Below are positions 52,517 to 61,185 of a DNA stretch of 64,000 nt, one piece after another (within the stretch, counting starts at the first letter, position 1; the number at the start of each line of letters is the position of its first letter). The notes under the pieces are model-generated. The model saw only the letters and a program-made list of their open reading frames with translations. It had not been told where the DNA came from and did not search any database. The translations under genes were made by a program, and so were the position numbers. Source of the DNA: a virus (taxonomy: Duplodnaviria > Caudoviricetes); IMG/VR virus record IMGVR_UViG_3300020050_009224, positions 34,185 to 98,184 of that record. One strand, 5' to 3'.

Positions 52517-53234
52517 ATGAAAAAACTACTACACTTTTTTGGAATACATTATTGGCAGTATTGGAATCAAAAATTACCTAAAAGAAAGTTGAAATTTGGT
52601 AGATATAAAAGAGACTGGTTAGTTCAAAGACAGTGTAATATTTGCCATAAACATCAATTACTAATTAAGGGAGAATTAAAAGAAAAAACTAAAATTTGGA
52701 AAGACATATGACAACAAATGAATTTAATTCTAAATATAAACAATTTATAGAACCTGGATTTGAAGATCAAGGATTAATGATAGAATTACCTAATGTAGTT
52801 ATATTTTTAGATAATGTATTTGAAAGTATAACTAAAATTCCAGGATTTGAGTTTAGTCAAATTAAAACAAAATTTAAACAAGTTAGATTTTACTCTAATT
52901 TAAATAGTAATTTAGCAAGAACAATTGAAAGTAGAATTGAAGATTTAATATTAGAAAGTAAAACATGAATTACATTTATATAATAGCATTAACATACCTA
53001 GCTTATAGAATTATTAAAGCACCAGTTCCGCCTAGAAATCCAGAAGTGTGTAAACATCGTTGGAAATATAATTTTCCTAATATGCCTAGTAAAAGGATTT
53101 GTACAGTATGTAAACTAAGGCAAGCTAGAGATTGGGAAAAAGTTAATCTTGAAACTGAATTTAATGATCAATGGACTTTAGTGTTTAAAGATTCAAGAAC
53201 AGATGAAGTATTAATTAAAACATGGTTTAACTAA
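52517..53234 (+). CDS. Three small hypothetical proteins (52517-52711, 52696-52968, 52965-53234); two with H-W..CxxC zinc-finger-like motifs
   Basis: GIHYW...CNIC; CKHRW...CTVC. Confidence 0.55.
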
Positions 53235-53989
53235 TGAAAAGAACACTGGCATTAGGAGATGTGCATGGAGCACATAAAGCCTTAAAACAAGTATTAGAAA
53301 AAAGTAGTTTTGATAAAGAAGAAGACCGACTTATATTCTTAGGAGATATAGTAGATGGATGGAGTGAATCTTATGAATGTGTAGAAGAGTTATTAACTAT
53401 TAAAAATCTAATTACAATAAAAGGTAATCATTGTGACTGGTTTATAAAATGGATTAATACTGGAATACATCCTGATGGTTGGAGGCAGGGTGGTTATACT
53501 ACTCTTCAATCCTATTGTAAACACCTAGACAAAGATTGTGTAAATACATTATTTGATAATTGGACTACTAATCTATTAAGGACAGATTTACCTAGAAAGC
53601 ATATAGAATTCTTTATGAATATGCAAGATTTTTATATTCAAGATAATAAATGTTTTGTACATGGAGGATTTGATAGAATGGGATCTATATATACCCAATC
53701 TTCAGAATTTATTTATTATTGGGATAGAGAGTTATGGAGAAAAGCTCAATCTTGTGTAATAGGTCAAAAATTACAAACTATAGACCAATTTGATGAGATA
53801 TTCATAGGGCATACTACTACAGAGAGTTCTTACCCTGATTTAAAACCTGTAAATTGTGGTAGAGTTTGGAATTTGGATCAAGGGGCAGGTTGGGGAGGAA
53901 AATTAACTCTCATGGATGTAAATACTAAAGAATACTGGCAATCAGATATAGTATCTACATTATATCCAGATGAAAAAGGAAAGAGGTAA
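53234..53989 (+). CDS. Metallophosphoesterase (PPP Ser/Thr phosphatase-like)
   Basis: GDVHG, GDIVD, GNH, HGG, GHT, DQG motifs. Confidence 0.88.
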   Translation: MKRTLALGDVHGAHKALKQVLEKSSFDKEEDRLIFLGDIVDGWSESYECVEELLTIKNLITIKGNHCDWFIKWINTGIHPDGWRQGGYTTLQSYCKHLDKDCVNTLFDNWTTNLLRTDLPRKHIEFFMNMQDFYIQDNKCFVHGGFDRMGSIYTQSSEFIYYWDRELWRKAQSCVIGQKLQTIDQFDEIFIGHTTTESSYPDLKPVNCGRVWNLDQGAGWGGKLTLMDVNTKEYWQSDIVSTLYPDEKGKR

Positions 53990-54133
53990 TATGAACTTTA
54001 ATCAATGTATAAAATGTGGTAAATTCATAGGTTTTAAGTACTATGAACAAGATAAGATAATAGTTCATTTTACTCCTGATAATGAATTTAGCCCTGAAGT
54101 AATTGAATGTGAACATAAAGACTGTAAAAATAT

Positions 54134-54584
54134 ATGAAATACATAACAATTTTATACCTAAGCTTATTTACTCTTTACTTTGGTAATAGAGTTACAATAG
54201 AACCTTCTAGATATACTAAAATAGCAAATAGAAGATTTTATATTCCAGGTGAAAGACATTATAAATTACAAGAATTTAACTGGTGTGAAACTAAAAAAAG
54301 ACTTTATGCTTTATACCCTATAAATAAAGTACATAGTTACCCTATAAGACAACCTAAAACTAAAATTAAAATAGATGGATAAAATACCAACTGCAAAAGA
54401 ATACTTTGAAGAAGAGTTATCTGGAGAACCATTGACTGAGACATCTGTTATAGAAGGTTTATTAAAATTTGCTAAACTTCACGTAAAAGCAGCATTAGAA
54501 ACTGCTGCTGAACAAGTTGATAAACATATATTATGTTCTGAAAAAATGATATTAGGTTCTTATCCTTTAACAAATATAAAATAA
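54134..54584 (+). CDS. Two small hypothetical proteins (54134-54382, 54375-54584)
   Basis: Coupled ORFs. Confidence 0.55.
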
Positions 54585-54735
54585 ACATGTATAAAGTAAC
54601 TTATAGAAACACAGCTGGTTCTACATCTACCAGATACACTAAAACTGTAGATTATTCTATAGATAAATTAGTAGGAGATACTGGTGATATATGTAATTCT
54701 AATGATATAATTGATATAGAAAAAATACAAAAATA

Positions 54736-55458
54736 ATGAATTATCAAATTATAAAAGATAAGCATTTATTAGAAAATTTTATTGAATGGTTACCTAAACT
54801 AGGCCCAGATGAATGTTTTTATGGGTGTTTATTTGCAAGATCAAAATATGCTAAAAACATAGATGGTTCAAACAAATTTCCACATATTAAAACTGACAAA
54901 GCTCAATTAAAAAGATTTACTGTTTCTAAAGTAGAGTATCTATACGATAAATTAAAGCAGTTAGAAGTGGAAATAGGGGCTTTTAAAACTAAAGATGGTT
55001 TAGATATACCTCAAGAATCTTTAGCCTGCTATTTGACTCCTAATCCAAGAAATCAAAAAATGGCTTTATTTGATTTAAGTAAAAGACTATTGCAAATTCT
55101 ACAATCTGATGGTCATAATTACAATATCCATCAAGAAGCTTTATCTGCAATCCAAAGAAGTAAATCTAGAACTGTATATGTAGATTTTGATATAGATTCT
55201 GAAGATGATGAAGGATTTAAAAGAGATGTAGAATTTGTTAAATCTCAAATTAACTCTGAAGCTTGTACTTGGTTAAAAACTAGAGGAGGAGCTCATTTGT
55301 TAATAGATCCTACTAAAGTTGATCCAAATTACAAAAACATTTGGTATAAAGCTATTAAAGGTCTACAAGCAGTGGATTCAGATTCTGGTAACGATACTAT
55401 GATCCCTATTCCTGGTACTTATCAGGGAGGATTTACACCTCATTTTACTCGATTTTAA
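54736..55458 (+). CDS. AEP/primase-polymerase-like protein
   Basis: DFDID (motif I), TRGGAH (motif II), distal D (NDTMIPIPG). Confidence 0.5.
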   Translation: MNYQIIKDKHLLENFIEWLPKLGPDECFYGCLFARSKYAKNIDGSNKFPHIKTDKAQLKRFTVSKVEYLYDKLKQLEVEIGAFKTKDGLDIPQESLACYLTPNPRNQKMALFDLSKRLLQILQSDGHNYNIHQEALSAIQRSKSRTVYVDFDIDSEDDEGFKRDVEFVKSQINSEACTWLKTRGGAHLLIDPTKVDPNYKNIWYKAIKGLQAVDSDSGNDTMIPIPGTYQGGFTPHFTRF

Positions 55459-55626
55459 ACAATGTATGTCACTAAAAAAGAACTATTATTTAGATTCTGA
55501 ACCAAAATCTAAAAAAAACATCCCTAAAGAAGCTACTTTACTTGGTACTAACAATTTTATGACTAATACCAAAGGTAAAATAGTTTGGAAATATGAAGAA
55601 TTTTATACATTAAAAAACAAAAAAAT

Positions 55627-56121
55627 ATGAATAATCCAATAGATTATATTAAAAATTGGAGAGAGAGTTTTGGATTACCAGTTAGAACTGAAACTCAAAT
55701 TCCATCTAAAGAAGAAATGAAATTAGCTTTAAGTCTTATAGCTGAAGAGTTAGAAGAATTAGATGATGCTATAATGGGAGATTGGCATACAGAAGCTATT
55801 AAATTAAATGAAGTAGCAGATGCTATAGGAGATCTTTATTTTGTAGTATCTCAAATGGCTTTTATATTTGGATTTAAACCCGAAGAACTTATTAAAACAG
55901 TTTATGAATCTAATATGTCTAAACTAGATGATAATGAAGAAGCTGCTTTTGATACTATAGATAGATATGCAGAGAAAAATATAAATGTTTATTCTGAAGA
56001 ATTACCTAATGGAAAATACATTATCAAGAGAGTATCTGATAATAAAGTACAGAAAGGCAATAATTTCTTTGAACCTAAATGGACTTATGATAAAACAAGA
56101 AACACAGAAGAAACTAAGTGA
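55627..56121 (+). CDS. MazG-like (all-alpha) NTP pyrophosphohydrolase
   Basis: EELEEL...EVADAIGDL...V..SNMSK. Confidence 0.8.
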   Translation: MNNPIDYIKNWRESFGLPVRTETQIPSKEEMKLALSLIAEELEELDDAIMGDWHTEAIKLNEVADAIGDLYFVVSQMAFIFGFKPEELIKTVYESNMSKLDDNEEAAFDTIDRYAEKNINVYSEELPNGKYIIKRVSDNKVQKGNNFFEPKWTYDKTRNTEETK

Positions 56122-56389
56122 GTTTGCTAGATATGCTTTTGAAAATAATACTACTAAGTATAACATTTTAAAGGCAGTAGAAGAACTTAATGAGTTATCT
56201 ACTAGACTTATGCAGAATTATAATAAACCTCATAAAGCTGACGCTCAAGCTACTATAGAAGAGATAGGAGATGTAATTATTAGAATTGAAGTTCTGAAAA
56301 AAATATTTCCTATTAATTCTATAGAAGATAGAATAGAGTATAAACTAGGTAAATTTGAATCTTATAAAAGTAAATACGAGAATATATGA
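56087..56389 (+). CDS. MazG-like pyrophosphatase
   Basis: EELNEL...IEEIGDV; likely start 56087. Confidence 0.65.
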   Translation: MIKQETQKKLSEFARYAFENNTTKYNILKAVEELNELSTRLMQNYNKPHKADAQATIEEIGDVIIRIEVLKKIFPINSIEDRIEYKLGKFESYKSKYENI

Positions 56390-57186
56390 ATGAAGAAAAA
56401 GGAATCAGATATGACCAGGGAAAATTAAGATATGACTTAGTACAGCCTTGGGCCCATGAACAAATGATTAAAATTTTGACTGCTGGTAGTATTAAATATG
56501 CTCCACGTAACTGGGAAAAAGGAATGGCTTGGAGTAAAGTAATTGCCTCTTTAAAAAGGCATTTAGCAGAAATTGAAAAAGGAGAAGATTATGACTTAGA
56601 AACAGGAGAATTACATGCAGCTCATTTAGCTTGCAATGCACATTTTCTAACAGCTTATTATAAAATTTATCCTCAAGGTGATGATAGACCTCACACTTAT
56701 TTAAACCCTGTTAAAATAGGTTTAGATATAGACGGAGTTATAGCTGATTTTCACACTCATTTCTGCAATTATATTGATATTCCAGTCTATGATCCTATCC
56801 ATTGGAATGATCCTATTATAAGAGCTAGATTTGAAGAGGTAAAAATTCAAGATAAATTTTGGTCTACAATGCCTAAATTATCTGGAGATTTATCTTTTGA
56901 ACCACATGCTTATATAACTTCTAGGTCTATAGATATTAAACTTACTCAAAAATGGTTAGATGATAATGGATTTCCTACAGCACCTTTGTATTGTGTAGGG
57001 CATAATCAATCTAAGGTAGAAGTAGCTAAAGAATCAGGAGTAGAAATCTTTGTAGATGACAAATATGAGAATTTTATAGAACTGAATAGTGCAGGAATAT
57101 GCTGCTTTTTATTTGATGCTTCTCATAATCAAAAATATAATGTAGGTTTTAAACGTATTAAAACTTTGAAAGAAATAATAATTTAA
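56386..57186 (+). CDS. dATP/dGTP diphosphohydrolase (DUF5664-like) fused to a HAD-family 5'-nucleotidase
   Basis: RYDQGKLRYDL...G..KY..RNW.KG...RH...D.ETG..H.AH..CN; then DIDGV, TSR, K, FVDD. Confidence 0.8.
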   Translation: MNEEKGIRYDQGKLRYDLVQPWAHEQMIKILTAGSIKYAPRNWEKGMAWSKVIASLKRHLAEIEKGEDYDLETGELHAAHLACNAHFLTAYYKIYPQGDDRPHTYLNPVKIGLDIDGVIADFHTHFCNYIDIPVYDPIHWNDPIIRARFEEVKIQDKFWSTMPKLSGDLSFEPHAYITSRSIDIKLTQKWLDDNGFPTAPLYCVGHNQSKVEVAKESGVEIFVDDKYENFIELNSAGICCFLFDASHNQKYNVGFKRIKTLKEIII

Positions 57187-57190
57187 AATT

Positions 57191-57295
57191 GTAAAAGAGT
57201 CTAAAGGTTTACTACAAGTAATTTATGAAGATGGTAAATTTTATAACCAAACTACATTAACAGAAATTCGTGAAAGACTAAATGTTATTATCTAA
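57191..57295 (+). pseudogene. Probable C-terminal remnant of nicotinamide phosphoribosyltransferase
   Basis: Frame reads VKESKGLLQVIYEDGKFYNQTTLTEIRERLN with no start codon; resembles the NAMPT/NadV C-terminus. Confidence 0.5.
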
Positions 57296-60200
57296 CTTTC
57301 TTATCTTCTGAGAATATCCAATCTACAGTAGATCTAAGACCATTTAATCCAACAATTAATTTTGTACTATAATAACCTGGGGGAGTTCTATCGGTCATAT
57401 CTTGACCCTTAGAATTCTGCCCTGTTATTATATCATAGCCTTCATCAAATCCATTTGTTACAACTCCTGTAATATTTTGGCCTAAACTTAAAAGTCCAAT
57501 TGGTCTAGATAATAAATCACTAATAGAAGTAGGAGTCCAGAAATAAGTTAACTCACTTAAACTCTTATTTAGAATTTTATTAGCCTGCCTCATTGCATAG
57601 TTATTCTTATGGCTATAGAAATCATCTTCATCATCTGATCCTAAGAGTAAAACTACTGCAAAGAAACTTAAAATAGCTCTTAGTTCAAATACAGCAGCTC
57701 TCATTTGGCCTTCCTGCATTCTTTCAAATTCCTCTTTAGTTACATTTTCAGCTGCTACTGGATTTTTATATTTCCAAGCTTTAAACTGAGCTTCTGACAA
57801 CTCGTTATTAACTCTTTTACCATCTTTATATAAAGCCTTTTTAGCAATGCCATATGTCATTATATCAATAGATAATAATCCAGCGCGGGATATTATTTTT
57901 TTTAGATTTCTCTGTCCTTTAGGAGCTATCCATTTAGTTAAAGCAGTATATCTAGGCATGTCTAAAGTGTCTGTAATTTCATCATAAGTGATTTTACCAA
58001 CTCTTTCTCCTACTACACCTGGCATCCAGGATTTAAACATCATTAAATTTTGCCACAATAAACTAGTTTGAGCAGCATAAATATTATCTTCATTAATAGT
58101 ACCTGTAACTCTATAAAAAGCTTGTTTAGTAATAGTTCTAAAAGACTCTAAAATTCTCATAGATTCTTCTAAAGATTTACCTTCAAGTTGTCCTGTCTCT
58201 AAGTCTAAGCTATCTGCTAAAGATTTAGTTCCTTCTGGTAAATTGATTAATCTTCTGAGCTGCCCTTCTGCATTTAATCCATAATTTAAAGACATTGCAT
58301 AAGCCATGTCATCTTTATGAAATTGATCACCTACTCTAAAAGGACTAAACATCATTCTACTATCAACTAATTTTCTAATCCCTTTAATAAAATGTTTACC
58401 AGAAGCTCTACTAACTAAATCTTCATTTGTAGCATCAAGTATTGAAGTAATAGTTAGCCATTTTTGTCTATTAGAAACTCTATCTTTAACAGATTTATCG
58501 AATTGTTCAGTAGTGAAATAACTCTCTTTCTTTTTAATAGCGTTTATAGCAATTCTAGAAGCTCCAAAAGCTCCTAATGCTGTATTTATTCTAAGTCCTA
58601 AAGCAGATAACCTAGTCCACTTCATAGCAGCTTTAATAACTTTAGTAGCATTAACATTAGTACCTGGAATATTACCAATGTTTGTAGTAGTAATTCCATA
58701 TACTAAATAATCTACATGGGTATTAAATAAGTTGACTAATTCTTGCGCTGATTTTACTACTTTATCTCCAGCGTAGTCAATTCTAGGATTACCATTATCA
58801 TCTAGTACTAATTCTTTAACTGAGTCTGTTAAAACCTCTCTAATAGAATTTGCATATATTTCTAAATCTGAAGCGTGTTTATAATTTATAGCCATCTTAG
58901 CAAACAATGCTAAACTTTCTGCATAGTTATAAGATTTTTCATCATCTGCTAATTTACTAATGAAAAATTTAGGGACTTCTTTTACAGGTTCCCCATTGGC
59001 GTAAGTACCTAAAAAGACATCATCTTCTCTTAAAGTAAAACTTGCAGTAAATGAATCCCATAATTTACCTAGCTGGGTTGGATTTTCTAAAAATTTATCT
59101 ACAATAGTCTTTCTAACATTAGGATAAAAATTATCAGGCATATCTCCATAGTGCATACCCAACATTTCTCTAAAATCATTAGTGTATTCATTTTTAAAAT
59201 CTAACCAAGCTTTAAACTCAGGTATAGATAGTATATATTCCAATTTAGGGTTTAAGTATTTGGCTTGAAATTCAGGTTTAGGTTTAATCCACTTATTACG
59301 TCCTGCACTTTTAAAAAAGGCGTGGTCATATTTAAGAATGTTATTATCTAATTCCCAATTTACAAGATCCTTTTGAACCTGTTCTTCATTAGAACCATGT
59401 TTAAGTCTAGTATTTGCTTCAAATTTTAATAACCTTCTTTCATAATCTGCTTTAAACTCTTCTTCTCTAAATACATAAGGTGCATCAGGATGATCTCCAA
59501 CTAATTTTTCAGTCTTTTTATCCTTATTAGCTATAGCCCATTGTTGATTTCTTATTTCTTTTCCTTCTTCGGATAAGTTATCTAAGTAGTTTCCATTTTC
59601 TATAAACACTTCTTTAAAACTTCTGCCTACTTCTTTTAACTTAACTTCCATTTGGTTTTGAATATCAGTCAGTTTATTTAAAAACTGTCTTAATTCTACA
59701 GATTTAGCTTCAGAACTTTCTCTAGATTTTTTATAAAAAGCTTTGATTAATGGATTGTCAATCCTATTTAATCTAGTAAAAAGACGGCTAATAGCTTTTA
59801 CAGGAGCAAAAGGTTTAAACTGACCAGTAGATTCATCAATGTAAGAAGAATCAATTTCAGCTCCAGCTATTCTAAGATTAACTTCCCTAAGTCTATTTAA
59901 AATAATTTTAGACCTTTTTTCTAGTCCAGCTACAATATCAAATAACTGTTCAGAATTATTAGTTAATCCTAATTGCTGTTGAATATCTTCTAATGTAAAA
60001 TACTTTAAAGTGTCTACATAATCTTTTAGTGTGTCAGTATATTGGTTAATAAGAGCCAAAGCTTCTTGAGGCTCCATTTCATCAAAGGTTTCTTTTCTTA
60101 ATTGTGTTTCAATTTCAGGAATAACTATTTTAAGAACGTGATCAACTATAAAATTAAAGTCTCCAGAACTAGTGAATTGTTTAATTGAGTTTTTTAAATC

Positions 60201-61175
60201 TGCAACTTCAGCTACAAGCCTATCTTTTACTTCTTGTTTTTTCTCAAGTCTAATTTTATCTTCAAGCTTTCTTATTTTATCATGTTGGGTTTTAAGAAAT
60301 TTATCTACTCCAGCTATACCTAATTTATCATAAGAGTTATTAATAGCTTTTACTATAGTTTCTTTTTCATCTGTTTCATACCCAGTTATACTATGTATAG
60401 TAGCTGTTTTTTTATCTTCTGATACATTTATAAATTTAACTTTAATAGGTACTACTAAAGCTTTAACTATTTCATCTATACCATAATCTTCTTTAAGAAT
60501 TCTCTTATAGTCAATAAGCTGTCCTTGATATTGGTCTGCTAATTGGGCATAAGTCTTTTTACCTTCATAAGATTTATAATCGTAGATCATACCTGTTTTA
60601 TTAGAAAATAAAAACAGTACATCTATCTTACCTGCTATAGATCTAGGGCCAGAACCAATTCTTTGTTCTAAAAGCATTTCAAATTTATCATTAGTACCTA
60701 ATTGCTTATTGATCATATTCTGATGCATAGTAGCTTCATATATTCTATCTTTAGCAATAGTTACTAACTCTTTAAACACTTCTTTATTTATAGGGCCAGC
60801 ATGTCTAGCATAAACTTCTGTTACATCTCCTCCATCATAAATAGTTTGAAGTAGATCATGTAATGCAGCATGAATTTGGTCTCCAGAAATAGTGTGGTAA
60901 TTTTTATCTTTAGGTTTAGATTTACCACTACGATTATTCCTATCACTTACCCTATCTTTAAATACAGAATTTTCATCAACTCCAACTTGAACTTTAATTA
61001 CTTTACCTTCTTCATTTTTTACTTCAAAGTAATTGTCAATTATAGGGCTTAGATTTCTAATAACTTGGGCAATTTGCTTATAATCCATTCCAGGATGTAT
61101 ATATGCAATAACTTCCTGATTTCTAATAGCATTAGCTACATATTCTTTTGGTAAATCTTCTATTACACAACCCAT
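57288..61175 (-). CDS. Large virion/cargo protein with an N-terminal PD-(D/E)XK nuclease-like domain
   Basis: 1295 aa; G..IH...EQ.I...AGKIDVL...IYDYKS...Y..QL..Y; position among the giant crAss-like genes. Confidence 0.7.
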   Translation of the reverse strand: MGCVIEDLPKEYVANAIRNQEVIAYIHPGMDYKQIAQVIRNLSPIIDNYFEVKNEEGKVIKVQVGVDENSVFKDRVSDRNNRSGKSKPKDKNYHTISGDQIHAALHDLLQTIYDGGDVTEVYARHAGPINKEVFKELVTIAKDRIYEATMHQNMINKQLGTNDKFEMLLEQRIGSGPRSIAGKIDVLFLFSNKTGMIYDYKSYEGKKTYAQLADQYQGQLIDYKRILKEDYGIDEIVKALVVPIKVKFINVSEDKKTATIHSITGYETDEKETIVKAINNSYDKLGIAGVDKFLKTQHDKIRKLEDKIRLEKKQEVKDRLVAEVADLKNSIKQFTSSGDFNFIVDHVLKIVIPEIETQLRKETFDEMEPQEALALINQYTDTLKDYVDTLKYFTLEDIQQQLGLTNNSEQLFDIVAGLEKRSKIILNRLREVNLRIAGAEIDSSYIDESTGQFKPFAPVKAISRLFTRLNRIDNPLIKAFYKKSRESSEAKSVELRQFLNKLTDIQNQMEVKLKEVGRSFKEVFIENGNYLDNLSEEGKEIRNQQWAIANKDKKTEKLVGDHPDAPYVFREEEFKADYERRLLKFEANTRLKHGSNEEQVQKDLVNWELDNNILKYDHAFFKSAGRNKWIKPKPEFQAKYLNPKLEYILSIPEFKAWLDFKNEYTNDFREMLGMHYGDMPDNFYPNVRKTIVDKFLENPTQLGKLWDSFTASFTLREDDVFLGTYANGEPVKEVPKFFISKLADDEKSYNYAESLALFAKMAINYKHASDLEIYANSIREVLTDSVKELVLDDNGNPRIDYAGDKVVKSAQELVNLFNTHVDYLVYGITTTNIGNIPGTNVNATKVIKAAMKWTRLSALGLRINTALGAFGASRIAINAIKKKESYFTTEQFDKSVKDRVSNRQKWLTITSILDATNEDLVSRASGKHFIKGIRKLVDSRMMFSPFRVGDQFHKDDMAYAMSLNYGLNAEGQLRRLINLPEGTKSLADSLDLETGQLEGKSLEESMRILESFRTITKQAFYRVTGTINEDNIYAAQTSLLWQNLMMFKSWMPGVVGERVGKITYDEITDTLDMPRYTALTKWIAPKGQRNLKKIISRAGLLSIDIMTYGIAKKALYKDGKRVNNELSEAQFKAWKYKNPVAAENVTKEEFERMQEGQMRAAVFELRAILSFFAVVLLLGSDDEDDFYSHKNNYAMRQANKILNKSLSELTYFWTPTSISDLLSRPIGLLSLGQNITGVVTNGFDEGYDIITGQNSKGQDMTDRTPPGYYSTKLIVGLNGLRSTVDWIFSEDKKVR

Positions 61176-61185
61176 TTTATTCTGT

